Assembly: GCA_019359275.1 (NCBI GenBank)
Contig: JAHHHP010000034.1
Coordinates: 1 to 48,000, forward strand
Length of the DNA: 48,000 bases
Direction of reading: 5' to 3'
DNA from: Myxacorys chilensis ATA2-1-KO14
GTDB lineage: Bacteria; Cyanobacteriota; Cyanobacteriia; Leptolyngbyales; Leptolyngbyaceae
The position numbers and the translations under genes are program-made. Below the pieces are notes generated by a model. It had not been told where the DNA came from, did no database searches, and saw only the letters and a list, made by a program, of their open reading frames with translations. Below, in pieces: positions 38,101-43,459 of the stretch (the first letter of the stretch is position 1; every line of letters starts with the position of its first letter).

Positions 38101-38916
38101 CCAATCCCTACTAGTGACGCCATCACCGATGTCATACTTAGTTGCGGGAAGTGGACTGGCAAATGGACCCAGTACATCTGCAAACTCCGGTTCACCCCGC
38201 CCATCCCCCATCTCATGAATTGGTGCCTGACCATCACAAGTGTATCTTGATATAAGAAATGCCCAAGCTGCAGCGAGTGTGTCAGCGGTAATCTCGACAT
38301 TGATAGCTACGGTTTGTGGAGCATAGCGTCCGTGCCTTTGAGGTAAGCATAAGGAGAAATTTTCCGGCTCCGGTGTCTCATGAGCTGGACCAGTTGCGTC
38401 GTTGAGCCAAGGTACCACGTCGACGAACGCGGGACTTTGAGCTGGTCGGCCCTCGAGCCGCTCTAGGATTAGCTCCATGCTCTCTATATCAAGAAAGAGG
38501 GCTGAGCTGGCGATGACTAACCACCGCTTGGACTTGTTCTCAGCCAACCCAAAACCAATGCTCATGCCCCGATGACCTGCTGCAACTAAGAGAGCATTTG
38601 CCTGTCTCCTTAGCCACTTCTCGACGTTGTTCCTTGGCGATTGTATTCGTGTAAGCGAAAAGGCAACGTGCGGATTGATCACTTGGCGAGCTGGTTCACC
38701 AACAGGAGCTTCTATCCTTGAACGGAGCACTTCTTCTTCAGCAACAACACGGTTGAGGGCAGCTTCGAGAGTCGCTGCATGCACACCTTTCGAAAGCCTC
38801 CAAGCACCAGCTACCGCATATGGCGAGTCCCCAGATTCAGCACCTAGCTGCAGCAGACGGGCTTGGCGGTATGAGATCTCGAATCCGTCGGTCGGCTCAT
38901 ACAAGTTAGTTTCCAT
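26101..38916 (-). CDS. Tri-modular NRPS: C*(degenerate)-A-T-C-A(LLM insert)-T-C-A(N-MT insert)-T-E
   Basis: Three A domains ('VLYTSGTTGRPKG', 'LMFTSGSTGTPKG', 'ICFTSGSTGTPKG'). Three T sites ('GGNSM', 'GGTSI', 'GGDSI'). C motifs 'FHHAVIDGWS' and 'IHHVACDGWG'. Terminal E domain 'AHHLAVDQVSW'. The likely start is ATG 38916 ('METNLYEP'), overlapping the upstream gene by 11 nt. The ORF-track start is 38985. Confidence 0.95.
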   Translation of the reverse strand: METNLYEPTDGFEISYRQARLLQLGAESGDSPYAVAGAWRLSKGVHAATLEAALNRVVAEEEVLRSRIEAPVGEPARQVINPHVAFSLTRIQSPRNNVEKWLRRQANALLVAAGHRGMSIGFGLAENKSKRWLVIASSALFLDIESMELILERLEGRPAQSPAFVDVVPWLNDATGPAHETPEPENFSLCLPQRHGRYAPQTVAINVEITADTLAAAWAFLISRYTCDGQAPIHEMGDGRGEPEFADVLGPFASPLPATKYDIGDGVTSRDWIAACSEAYRALPRLAAPPAGTNGLAYGLRRHSPAGLQPLAGGEAERIALWDCSERWFLQLCLTPNMNRCEARILFDSTRISHTMAKRLVLELETLAIAMKSSPGAPLFNITFWNPEHAKADQDRLNQESVIAASVEPLHQIIATTAIQYPNRSAVEDSQYKLTYAQLDARATAIAANLKMMGGGPGVVVALYMGRSVCALIAILGILKAGAAFLPLSEEDPPARIAWQLDDVRAGLVIAIDRGLAVPDYLAGRPCLLLDQETGLPLSFAPVLALSPSVPANTAYVLYTSGTTGRPKGVIVPESALANYCVWAAHFYHIARGNGAVVSSSLTVDLTLTTLLAPLVVGQRVIMAALDDPLADLAARLTERTDLSLVKLTPSQFALINARLHGTPPAGAVRTIVLGGEVLGGDLILPWRKHAPKTLIWNEYGPTETTVGCTVFAATGDETVIPIGRPCAGASLHLVDECRRFVPIGMRGEILIGGPGVANYQNALEITAERFIENLQQGHMPHRLYRSGDLARLRPDGVLVLEGRVDRQIKLHGRRIEPAEVECVLREIAGVADAAIILSHRNVLVAFVEPILGAILDTEVLRQRLSERLPIPMRPGFLSVLAKLPTTMSGKIDRDALRDLVDLPDARKDSILPRTAVEAALCRLLAEVVELECVGIDDDFIEIGGNSMRALQTVVRAMDMGFNLDVRDLFAYRTIRRIANAARLRSMNTEPLQVPLPFALVPSIERGRVAPEAEDAFPASSMQIGMIFEHAMAKDIGIYHDVFVYRIVAPANAKNLAAAAEHLAIRHPALRTCFDLGANPPLAVVWAKPVPLLTLSDLSAAEPAVQEAAMDAWVAAERHRGFNLTVPPLVRLHVIITGEHSFLLGVSFHHAVIDGWSDVTMLRELLEDYCALVRDEKLPECTPLLRGGALFVQMEQLALASKSSCNYWLGKLANRKQRPVASARSATLTIPVEIPANVSRALVNLAKTWRLPVKTLLLAAHMKVLAQVTGETEPVTAVVTGVRPELPNAHRMLGLFINTVPMQQAAAGVSWAVLAEALMSEELADYPHRRFPFAAMLEAGGSRPEALFYFTDYHNVRGLLHKAKIRLELIRTHEVSSFPIAANFAIDPFSEQVVLNLRVSETIPGAAQLAQIYQQALRSLSETPNEVFDGPALNSGSPSVRSSLVAVRFAAAAESYPQALALGWRDTRTTYNTLAQEVEGLSRLMDDAGLQLGDRVVLALPRKPVMVAAVLACLGRGYCFVPVDPITPRDRLAVILRESAPGLILTETDGPVLPSTDIPVRLASQAYPAQPSPPVVIEPESPAYLMFTSGSTGTPKGVLVSQSNLASLLAAIDVLCPPDKPAIYLALSSLSFDISLLELLWPLTHGGTVVLQEGPETWMPSCTPATLRGKGPDFSLFCFPPTGAGGVEQVVHLAKLVDDLGFKAVWVPERHFSAIGGDFPNPSVTAAALAVSTTRLEIRAGSLTLPLHHPVRVAEDWAQIDVLSHGRAGIAFARGWDARAMILGHGEPNTRVKAFFDDIETVRRLWRGGTVVGCSGEHLSLRPRPISPELKTWVAIASDAARWDRAAREDLGVLTHLLAQTPESLGEHIARYRAYGGRTDRVVLMLHAAVTEGEDEATAVRLALRRYLDLSTAEAENDLPDLNPKITDRRELLIERSLQRFSGACGLVGEAAVCIDRARSFWNAGVGEIACLVDFDTDLDRVITSIQRLDWVRAACAAASPVEIAPRRIALSIAENIATFGVSHLQCTPTIAAMLLRDSATKAALTRLDTIMVGGEALSASLATALSGVTDARLLNMYGPTEATIWSMASDFTGFDQSRGDERVTLGQALCNTRVHILDNTGSLADIGELCLAGKGLALGYVGDLVRTAERFVSRAGESRLYRTGDRVRRLPSGELEWLGRIDRQVKVAGRRLELGEIESLALSVPGVAGAVAAFDNEELTLIVTATPGFELTSTDVAAHLASHLPFSLIPSQITITNTAAMSVAGKFKPALSTNRCNQMLALWRECLKLNEVQPDDDFFTLGGTSISAVTLIARVGEAFNETLPLRSLFENPTPASLLARLGENQRTQNSRVSRLDNLDNESLLPLAPTQEQVWLSHAISPNSPTFNDAALLLLNGQLNTAALASALSYIVNRHESLRCSFIAKDGEIRQRIASTLDVVLNHLDASEFSNERLLEVFKARAREPFDLTCPPSARFTLATCAPDRFQLLVVIHHVACDGWGMAILVEEFILAYQAFAVGRLPTLEPAPSLRSFIQDQAERLSTAKLSQMELFWSKALKDANLEFTLTTDHSRLTAGTSDGAVHRFIISSTLTSRLVTLSKAAKVTEFMVLSTAFAVLLRMYTGAEDVIFGSDAAARPLAFRRLVASAANRIPLRFDLSGNPSFADLLMQARRNLPDAYDHQEMPLNYLAKLLQPSRPYGLHPLFQIALTLQEGEPLRRTIDEVSLTQCSLDYGIARLDLEINLQRCQGTIEGIALFRSDLFEPATIAGVCDRFVALLDEVSARPQARLSELGSRDGSPALIGTDRKIDQGSIIDQIQGQVAQSPYAVAISGEGSTRTYRDLAFDIDHLAASLTQQGVGPGRTVAVLADRTYAVPLSLLAILRTGATFILLGGTAPVARSAAMVTKAQCDFILADSVRAMIAAAISAEACGTVLIVEHLLAEPVLRPLNGVPVSEPAYICFTSGSTGTPKGAMVSHRGMRNHLTAKIDLLKLTAVDVVAQTSPETFDIYVWQVLAPLVAGAVVKIYDDELIRNPSELIRQISAAGVTVWEVVPSFLRSLLDLASAEIPLPRLRWLIVTGEALEPDLCRRWLARYPDIPMINAYGPVECSDDVAHYVINAPPGEEQARIPIGSPIANTRLHIWTVDGTVAPVGAVGELLISGDCVGLGYINDPERTTAAFIPDPANLAARLYRTGDRVRLTPSGTLEFLGRIDNQVKLRGHRIELEEVAVVIKRHPLVKDATVSISEEIGNRKLAAYFVIDDKAVAQEARVEAESSLRLANWQDVYNEAVPAFTDHDLFGLQIATWINSYDGQPIPRVEMQAWLDATLKRLIALPHADVLEIGVGSGMILGGLARDPETFNYIATDVSTRALELSRRVIASMGSSTRIELRRQPAHDFMGLAERQFDLVVLNSTVQYFPSADYLLTVLDQAVAVLKTGGRIFLGDVRNLSLLRSFHLSVLEKVSRGNTLATDLRARLDIACDYESELLIAPAFFESLRSRWPRLCRVEMQLKKTQDANELTRFRYDVVLAFDTATATAVAELDIGSNPTSTDLAAAAAHAPVRVVGLLNSRVARDVAAVARLEAADANQTLQDLQIATDPGGYDPAALHSWAESLGLACELNWSNRGPDRFDLQLYPLAAPLANRSSVSSADQVPASPANQNSPLTNAPLAAALSRSVEQDLRQYLSRVLPEAMIPTSFTRMKAIPYTHHGKLDRRALPHPSNLRPNLVKSFEPPIGTIETTISRLWSELLHIDKIGRHDDFFELGGDSIIVIQFVARARAEGLTLKPGDAFRRRTIAELAKACADAVASDLDIKSCGDAPTTPAQANLLRSGGAMLNHFNQALLLETNRVLNPEVLEQSLELVHARHEGLRLMFTPDGSRARSTNIAMLPLDRITHTAACLASCLAPLQAALDISTGQLWRAALIDWSSGRPPALALIAHHLAVDQVSWEIIVQDIETTYRALESGITPRLLPVMPFTRAAQDLAAKAAELSVLAQVDAWLGYPAVVELPRDLPGVTNGLSASSAILPLTLNAKTTQHLRGPVSRGLKAGLDQIVLAALLRALVNWTGQTAHTLTLEDSGRDGIDGKGANLSRSVGWFAAAWPAAFVLSQMPDPVADVMVVTQQARTGPAGITFGLLTEHHPDPEIRARLRKIGTTAVAYNFFGDIERSVERDRLFNLRPCDLGPLSGAENVRPNLLQIDGYLEDGQLHLRLEFSDTVHHRSTIKRLGDWMMKALNAIAEILPGAETQMVYDDMPDISLSDLAAAIAETGGD
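26104..27483 (-). other. C-terminal epimerization domain (approximate bounds)
   Basis: The preceding T site is 'GGDSI'. E-type motifs: 'TTPAQANLL', 'HHLAVDQVSW', 'LEDSGRDG...LSRSVGWFAA', 'AYNFFGD'. Confidence 0.8.
27916..29118 (-). other. SAM-dependent N-methyltransferase domain inserted in A domain 3 between A8 and A9/A10 (approximate bounds)
   Basis: 'VLEIGVGSGMILGGLA' (28882-28908 region), 'DLVVLNSTVQYFPSADYLL', 'GGRIFLGDVRN'. Flanked by 'VKLRGHRIELEEV' and 'HGKLDRRAL'. Confidence 0.85.
32911..33918 (-). other. Luciferase-like (flavin-dependent) monooxygenase domain inserted in A domain 2 between cores A4 and A5 (approximate bounds)
   Basis: After 'SFDISLLELLWPL' (A4) come ~335 aa: 'GPDFSLFCFPP...LAKLVDDLGFKAVWVPERHFSAIGGDFPNPSVTAAALA...LRRYLD...'. 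The A domain then resumes with 'LQCTPT...MVGGEAL...NMYGPTEAT' (A5). Confidence 0.8.
37756..38916 (-). other. N-terminal condensation-like domain lacking the HHxxxDG motif (approximate bounds)
   Basis: C-like order: 'ISYRQARLLQL', 'LNRVVAEEEVLRSRI', then 'WLVIASSALFLDIESM' at the position of the catalytic motif. Confidence 0.55.
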
Positions 38917-41155
38917 CAGATAATTCCTGGCCCATAGCCACCCAGATTTGTCGGCTGCCCGTGAATGGCTCACGACCATGGGCAAACATCATGTTATCGA
39001 GCATTAGTAAGTCACCAGATTGCCACGAGAAAGCGATTCTGGTTTGCCAGTAGGCTGCTTCTACCGCGCGGATAGCAGCTATGTCAATCACTTCGCCATT
39101 TCCATAGAAAACGTCGAAGGGAAGAGTCTGTGCGATCGCTGGAGATAACCATTCTGATGCCACAACCGTCGGATGGAAGAAATGAGCATGGTTAAACCAC
39201 ACTAATTCGTTTGTCTCTGGGTGGGAACGAAGGGCAGGCCCATTACGCATAGTGATTAGGTGTCCATCTGCATCTCGCTCGACCCGGTAACCAGACTCTA
39301 CCAACAATGCTTCTAACGCCGCACCCTCGAAGCCGAAAACCTCTCGGGCAGTTTGACCCATGGGTCCGCTAAAGCGTCTGATATATTGCAGTCCGCGTCG
39401 CTCAAACGCCTCCCGAACTGTCGTTGGCAGGACAGCTAGAACGGCGCGGCTATCCGAGATCGGAGTGCGTCCGCCAGTAGAAGGCGGCTCCACACATAGA
39501 AAAGCTATCCATCGAGGCCAGCGAGATGCATAGGCATTCTCGTTATGTAGCGGGATTGGACGTGAGGACGGATAATCTGTGGACGTGTAGATTTGGTTTC
39601 CCAGCGACGTACGTGGAGATGATCGTTCTACGTATGGAACGAGCGGTCCGATCACTGTTTCAACTTCCGCGGCGAACGCCTGTGGATTCATGGGCGGCAG
39701 ACCCCGCACTAAAACTGCGCCAGTACGTCTAAGCATCTCTTGCAACTGAGTTGCGTGGTTGCTCAAGTTTGTGGAACCTACCACGCGCAGCGTGGCAATA
39801 GGTGAAGGAATTTTTGGCTCTGAGTCTTCTATCAGGCGGTCTACCATTACTAGCCGCCTGATAAAACGGGGACCGGGAGGTAGAGCCGAGCCCGTAACAC
39901 ACTCGGCAACATTCCTATACCTGTCCAACAACCGTTCGACTCGTTCGCGAGGTGCGCGCTTTGGATCGAATTCTGCCCGGCAGGTCAGCAGTCCACTTGA
40001 TAGACTAATATTAAGCAGAAGCGGGAACTTCGCCCCCGCGATCGATGTTTCTAAAGGCTCGACAGTCAGTCCAGCTAATCGAACAGCGGGAGTCATATTC
40101 TGCTCGAGTGAGAGTTTAACAGCGAAGAGCTCCTCAACGGGCGAGATGGCGGCTATCTCGTTGAACGAGAGATTTGCGTGGGATAGCGCACTGTTGACTG
40201 TAGTACGAAGGTTCTTAAGGCTCTGCTCGAATGGGCAGTGTGCCTTCTTCAAACGGATCGGAATCTGGCGAGCAAAGAAACCAATCAGACCTTCCATCCA
40301 AGGTTCAGTGCGCCCTGCAAAATCAATGCCGATTGTTGTCTCGACGGCACCGGTCTCCTCAAACAGCGCATCTTGCAGCACTGCGAGAAAAGCAATAAAA
40401 GGCGAACAATACTGGCTAGCAGCAAGACGTGTAAGGCTAGGGGCAAGTCTCGACCAATCCACGGTGATGCAGTCAAATGCCGGGTTTCCCGGTAACAGCG
40501 TACCGCCAAGGGGGCGCTGAGGCGCCTCCTTAACATCCTGTAGCTCCGACTGCCAAAACTTCAGGGTTGCGATGCGGCGAGGATCCTCTGTGTTGAACGA
40601 TGACCGGGCAAAGTCGGCAAATCCGCGTTCTGGGAGTGACAGTCCCGTTCCGCGTCCGTTGAGCAGGCTTTCATAAGCTAGACCAAGCTCGCGGAGGAAT
40701 ATACCGCGGGACCACCCATCGCAAACGATATGATGTGCAGCCGCACAGAAGACATGATCATCAGTTCCGAGCCGGTACAGCCCCGTGCGTGCGACAGGAC
40801 CTCTTTCCAAATCAAAGGGGTCCCCCGCGATATGTGTTAACCATGAGGATAGCGGCCCATTAAACTCATCCGCTATAGTGAACGGTAACACGCTACGATG
40901 AACCCGTTGCTCAAGACGCCCGGCAGCAAGATGGAAAGTCGAGCGTAGTGGTCCATGTCGATCAGCTACGGCACACACAGCCCTCTCCAGAGCATCAGTG
41001 TCGAGTGCTCCAACCAGACGCAGTGCGAGGCTCTCCACATAACTACCGGCAACTGGGTTACGTGCATAACCCAAGAACAAGCTCTGCTGGTCCGGAGTCG
41101 GCTCAAACCGATCCTCCAGCGTATCGTCGGTCCATGACGTGCTGGCATCCACCAT
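38906..41155 (-). CDS. Didomain protein: condensation domain + TauD/TfdA-family Fe(II)/2-oxoglutarate dioxygenase
   Basis: N-terminal part: 'PTPDQQSLFL', 'RHGPLRSTF', 'AAHHIVCDGWS'. C-terminal part: 'PLHNENAY' (HxE), 'GGRTPISDSRAVL', 'MLDNMMFAHGR'. It starts 3 nt after the MIO gene stop. Confidence 0.88.
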   Translation of the reverse strand: MVDASTSWTDDTLEDRFEPTPDQQSLFLGYARNPVAGSYVESLALRLVGALDTDALERAVCAVADRHGPLRSTFHLAAGRLEQRVHRSVLPFTIADEFNGPLSSWLTHIAGDPFDLERGPVARTGLYRLGTDDHVFCAAAHHIVCDGWSRGIFLRELGLAYESLLNGRGTGLSLPERGFADFARSSFNTEDPRRIATLKFWQSELQDVKEAPQRPLGGTLLPGNPAFDCITVDWSRLAPSLTRLAASQYCSPFIAFLAVLQDALFEETGAVETTIGIDFAGRTEPWMEGLIGFFARQIPIRLKKAHCPFEQSLKNLRTTVNSALSHANLSFNEIAAISPVEELFAVKLSLEQNMTPAVRLAGLTVEPLETSIAGAKFPLLLNISLSSGLLTCRAEFDPKRAPRERVERLLDRYRNVAECVTGSALPPGPRFIRRLVMVDRLIEDSEPKIPSPIATLRVVGSTNLSNHATQLQEMLRRTGAVLVRGLPPMNPQAFAAEVETVIGPLVPYVERSSPRTSLGNQIYTSTDYPSSRPIPLHNENAYASRWPRWIAFLCVEPPSTGGRTPISDSRAVLAVLPTTVREAFERRGLQYIRRFSGPMGQTAREVFGFEGAALEALLVESGYRVERDADGHLITMRNGPALRSHPETNELVWFNHAHFFHPTVVASEWLSPAIAQTLPFDVFYGNGEVIDIAAIRAVEAAYWQTRIAFSWQSGDLLMLDNMMFAHGREPFTGSRQIWVAMGQELSDGN
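38909..39793 (-). other. TauD-like hydroxylase domain (approximate bounds)
   Basis: Facial-triad candidates are H-N-E in 'PLHNENAY' and the distal His in 'FAHGREPF'. Confidence 0.75.
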
Positions 41156-41158
41156 GTA

Positions 41159-42721
41159 TCAGGTTCTCCTTGAAGACGGTGAAATACGAGTACTTGGTGC
41201 TGCCAGTTGTGAAAGGGTAGCCGTAATAATCTCACCATTGATCAGTAGATTGTTAGCGGCTGCCATATCCTCGTTCATAGACCTATCACCGTTCAAAGGC
41301 GAGATTCGGTCTCGAACGGACTGGTAGACTGGGGCGGTAGCGGGAGAGAGGCGGAGGGAGGGATCGACGTCTATAGCAGCACAAGCTGTTACTAGTTCGA
41401 TAGCCAGCACCATCTCTAGGTTGCTGATGATCCTCAGCGCCTTTAGTGCCCCTGTACTGCCCATGCTGACGTGGTCCTCCTGTAAGTGACATGTCATAAT
41501 GGTGTCGACTGATGACGGAGTCGCCAGAACTTTACTCTCATTAACAAGTGCCGCTGCGGTATATTGCCAGACCATTAGACCCGAATCCACACCTGGGCAA
41601 GTAGCCAGGAAGCTAGGCAGTCCGTGCTGCCCGGACAGTAACTGATAAATCCGCCGTTCCGAAATGCTCATTAGGTCAGCGAGTCCGATAGCCAGGACAT
41701 CGAGCGCCATGGCGGTTGTCTGTCCGTGCATACTCCCATTGGTGAGGAATAGATTTTCGTCCGGGAACAACAACGGGTTGTCCGAGACGCTGTTGCAGTC
41801 TCGTTCTACTATCTGGGCTACAAAGGCAAAAGCTTGGCGTGCCGCTGCATGAACCTGTGGAGCACAACGAAAGGAATAGGGGTCCTCCTTCAATGGATCA
41901 CAACGATCAAGTCCTGCATGGTTACCCCCAGCAAGCAGTTTGGTCAGGTTGTCCATCACATCCCATCGTTCCGGGTGGGTAGTGATTGCCTTCAGGCGGT
42001 GGTTAAAGAATGTGTCTGCAGCGGCAAATCCCTGAATGCTGAGCGCACAAATAAGATCTGCGCAGGACAGCATTCGCTCGGCTCTTTCCAGAATGTGTAG
42101 GGCGCAGGCGTTAAGAAACTGAACACCGTTTGTCAGAGCTAGACCTTCCTTAGCCCGGAGTATTAACGGATACCAACCGTGCTCGGTCAACATCTTGGAA
42201 GTGCTGCACCGAATACCGCCATGTCTAAACAAGCCTTCTCCAATGAGCGGCAGCGCGAGGTGTGCTAGCGGGGCAAGGTCACCACTAGCACCGACGCTGC
42301 CGCGCATCGGAACAACAGGTAGCAAGTCCGCTGCTAGAAAATCCAGCAATCGTTTGACTACCTCTACACCAACTCCTGAATGCCCGGTGCGAAACGACAT
42401 CAATTTAAGGACAATCATCGCCCGAACAATAGGCGCAGGGGCATCTTCGCCGACTCCACAGGCATGGGAACGCAGGTGATTATGCTGCAACCGCGATATG
42501 TCGTCGGTGCCCACCTGTTGATGACACAGCGCGCCAAAACCTGTGTTCACGCCGTATACTGACGCATTGCCCAGTGAGAGTAAATCGGCATACGCGGCAC
42601 CCGCTTTAATGGCGCTCCAAGTTGCCGGAGAAAGCGTCAGGGTGCTCCCGGCGCGACACGCCTTTCTGATCGCAGTAAGGGGCATATAGTCCGAGGAAAT
42701 TTCGAAGGATTTGCTATCCAT
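41159..42721 (-). CDS. MIO-dependent aromatic amino acid ammonia-lyase/aminomutase (HAL/PAL/TAL family)
   Basis: 'GSVGASGDLAPLAHLA' (Ala-Ser-Gly MIO triad), 'YGVNTGFG', 'LQHNHLRSHACGVG', 'SDNPLLF', 'QEDHVSMG'. Overall it closely parallels the remembered HutH. Confidence 0.88.
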   Translation of the reverse strand: MDSKSFEISSDYMPLTAIRKACRAGSTLTLSPATWSAIKAGAAYADLLSLGNASVYGVNTGFGALCHQQVGTDDISRLQHNHLRSHACGVGEDAPAPIVRAMIVLKLMSFRTGHSGVGVEVVKRLLDFLAADLLPVVPMRGSVGASGDLAPLAHLALPLIGEGLFRHGGIRCSTSKMLTEHGWYPLILRAKEGLALTNGVQFLNACALHILERAERMLSCADLICALSIQGFAAADTFFNHRLKAITTHPERWDVMDNLTKLLAGGNHAGLDRCDPLKEDPYSFRCAPQVHAAARQAFAFVAQIVERDCNSVSDNPLLFPDENLFLTNGSMHGQTTAMALDVLAIGLADLMSISERRIYQLLSGQHGLPSFLATCPGVDSGLMVWQYTAAALVNESKVLATPSSVDTIMTCHLQEDHVSMGSTGALKALRIISNLEMVLAIELVTACAAIDVDPSLRLSPATAPVYQSVRDRISPLNGDRSMNEDMAAANNLLINGEIITATLSQLAAPSTRISPSSRRT

Positions 42722-42741
42722 CTTCTGATTACACCATCTGT

Positions 42742-42764
42742 CATAGCCTTTGTAGAAGGCTATG
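42742..42764. promoter_or_regulatory. Perfect 9-5-9 palindrome in the leader of the MIO-C/TauD-NRPS operon
   Basis: CATAGCCTT tgtag AAGGCTATG, located ~20 nt upstream of the minus-strand ATG at 42721. It is a candidate operator or 5'-UTR hairpin. Confidence 0.3.
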
Positions 42765-43459
42765 GATATTTGTTTGTAGGAACCTTTATGGAACCATCAG
42801 CGCAGCCAATAAGATCTAATATTATTTAGAAATCCTCGTATACATCAGAGATATTGAAAGCTGTAACACAACTTCTTTAAAGATTTGCACTAAACGTTCC
42901 CATGATGTTAGTTAAAAATGACAAAGGAAACAAGTAGAATGCGGTTAGCTCAATCTTTACTTCATCAATCCCTGACATATCGATGCCTTCTGAAGAAGTT
43001 TGATTAATGCTAATTTACCCTTAAGAAATATGTAGCTACAGCAAACATATCTTAATTCAGGTGCTTGAAAAATCTATTTTTCGAGGCTTTCGTCCAACGC
43101 AGAATTCTACTGATTATGAACGAACACTTAAGACGCTACAGTCCTTTCGAAAACTTCATTAGAAGTTCTCTGACTACTCAGTCTCATAAACTCAGAGTAT
43201 TCTACTTGAATAGTTTTTAATTTAATCTAGGTAACCAAGCGTTGCTTGTAAAGCTTTTATACTTTTAGGATACATTTCTAAGCTCTGTTTTATTAAATCT
43301 CAACACTTCTGCATGCAAATCATTTATTACGATATATTGTTCTGCTAAATCAAAGAAATAACACTCTGCTATGGTTTTCTTTGCATATTATTTTTTACGA
43401 TCAGTTCGTTTCCCAAAAATGTTTGTGAGTCGCTAATTCAAATCAGGAGGTAGAGATCG

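Noticed and set aside
29745-39139. HIP1-type palindromes GCGATCGC (29745-29752 and 39132-39139) as a cyanobacterial signature.
   Set aside because: I found only two by eye in 48 kb of fairly G+C-rich DNA. That is not clearly above chance, so it is not usable as taxonomic evidence.
1724-42562. Dozens of 60-250-aa ORFs antisense to, or out of frame within, the large NRPS and tailoring genes. Examples: 39759-40520 (253 aa), 32513-33103 (196 aa), 6004-6471 (155 aa), 10789-11193 and 4347-4715.
   Set aside because: Each lies entirely inside an ORF with unambiguous, ordered domain motifs. Their products are Arg/Ser/Ala/Pro-rich low-complexity strings typical of off-frame translation of G+C-rich coding DNA. 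None has a recognisable motif or ribosome-binding site.
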